The translations under genes were made by a program, and so were the position numbers. This document shows positions 48,696-49,644 of a stretch of DNA of 49,644 nt, in pieces. Each line of letters begins with the position of its first letter. Position 1 is the stretch's first letter. Under the pieces are notes generated by a model. It worked only from the letters and a program-made list of their open reading frames with translations, was not told the origin of the DNA and ran no database searches. This DNA is from Gemmatimonadota bacterium (GTDB lineage: Bacteria > Gemmatimonadota > Gemmatimonadetes > Gemmatimonadales > GWC2-71-9). The stretch covers positions 1-49,644 of the forward strand of contig JBGPHP010000003.1 of NCBI GenBank assembly GCA_041484445.1, in the 5' to 3' direction.

Positions 48696-49644
48696 CCAAG
48701 CTCGAGCGCCTCGTACCGGCGCTCGAGCAGCTGGGCGGCGTCGCCCTCCGGGTCTGGCGCACCGACGGGGCGAGCACGCGTTTGCTCGCCGGTACGCCGG
48801 TCGCCTGGACGCCGGCCTTCGGCGCCGCGGCGAACGGCGCCGGGCAACGGGACACGCCCGATGGGCCCGCCTGGTACGAGCCGGTCCGGGGCGGGCCCGG
48901 ATTGTGGCTCGAGGTGCGCGCGGGGGGACCCGGCGCCGACGCCCGGCCCGACGCGCGCGAGCTGGTGGCCGAGGCGGTGGCCTGTCTGGCGGAGGCCGAG
49001 CGCGAGGCTGCGCAGGTCGCTGCGGAGCTGTCCGACCGCTACGAAGAGATCGATCTCGTCTACACGATCAGCGAGATTCTGGGGCACACCATTCGGCTCG
49101 ACGAAGCCGCCCGGCGCATCCTCCAGGAGGTGGCGACCGTGGTCGGCGCGCGGCGCGCGAGTCTGTTCGTCCTCGACCTCGACCGGCACCTGCTGCGCCT
49201 CGTCGCGGCCAAGGGCATGGTCACGACGGAAGTGGATCCGATCGAGCTCGACGATGCCGTGTCGGTGACCGCACGCGCGTTTCGCGAGATGCGCATCCAG
49301 AGCAACGACCCGGCCGAGCCCGAGCCCGCGGCGGCCCGCGGGCAGGCGAGCCGCAGCTATCGCGGCCGGGCCTTCCTGGCGGTCCCCGTGATGTACGGCG
49401 CTCCGGGGGATCAGGCGCGCCCCATCGGCGTGATCAACCTGACCGATCGGCACGGCCCGGATGCGTTTTCGGCGGGCGACCGCAAACTCGTTGCGGCGAT
49501 CGCCAACCAGGTCGGCGCCGCAATCGAGAACGCCCGGCTGGTGGCCCGGGACCTGAGCCAGCAGCGGGTGCGCCGGGAGCTGGAGCTCGCGCACGATCTG
49601 CAGCTCAAGCTCCTGCCCTCTCCGGCGGTGCTTGGCACGAAGGC
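48671..49644 (+). CDS. GAF-domain PP2C/SpoIIE phosphatase (RsbU type), 3' truncated by window end; absent from ORF track
   Basis: Open frame from GTG 48671: MSRPAGGLTKL...ELSDRYEEIDLVY...GAF (FLAVPV, IGVINLTDR, AIENARL) then RELELAHDLQLKLLP. Confidence 0.85.
   Translation, partial: MSRPAGGLTKLERLVPALEQLGGVALRVWRTDGASTRLLAGTPVAWTPAFGAAANGAGQRDTPDGPAWYEPVRGGPGLWLEVRAGGPGADARPDARELVAEAVACLAEAEREAAQVAAELSDRYEEIDLVYTISEILGHTIRLDEAARRILQEVATVVGARRASLFVLDLDRHLLRLVAAKGMVTTEVDPIELDDAVSVTARAFREMRIQSNDPAEPEPAAARGQASRSYRGRAFLAVPVMYGAPGDQARPIGVINLTDRHGPDAFSAGDRKLVAAIANQVGAAIENARLVARDLSQQRVRRELELAHDLQLKLLPSPAVLGTK

Overview
High-GC bacterial chromosomal window; gene content and order suggest Gemmatimonadota, which is an inference. 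The left 29 kb is a Wzx/Wzy-type surface-polysaccharide locus in two convergent arms. The plus arm carries wzc, glmS, a short OPX/wza, a priming phosphoglycosyl transferase, wecB, DUF354, an asnB-like amidotransferase, an Ig/beta-propeller lipoprotein, glycosyltransferases, a three-gene 6-deoxy-L-HexNAc pathway, wzy and wzx. The minus arm carries two GT4s, a long SLBB exporter, wzz and two methyltransferases. Next come tRNA-Val(CAC), a yggT-like gene, tRNA-Ile2(CAT) and a heptose kinase. These are followed by a tightly coupled housekeeping run: asparaginase, CMD protein, obgE, dprA, hemW, hrcA, dnaJ, HIT, an internally deleted rpsU, yqeY, mutS2, dnaG, a zinc-ribbon protein, recJ, rsmD, coaD, pta and an RsbV/RsbW/RsbU-type module cut by the window end. 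The main unexplained signal is a set of 4-unit heptamer/octamer tandem arrays, mostly in inverted pairs. They sit in frame in linkers of mutS2, dnaG and asparaginase and at gene starts, and most lie in local patches of relaxed (A/T-ending) codon usage. No CRISPR, IS, integrase or rRNA was seen. All calls are from motif recognition by eye; no searches were run.
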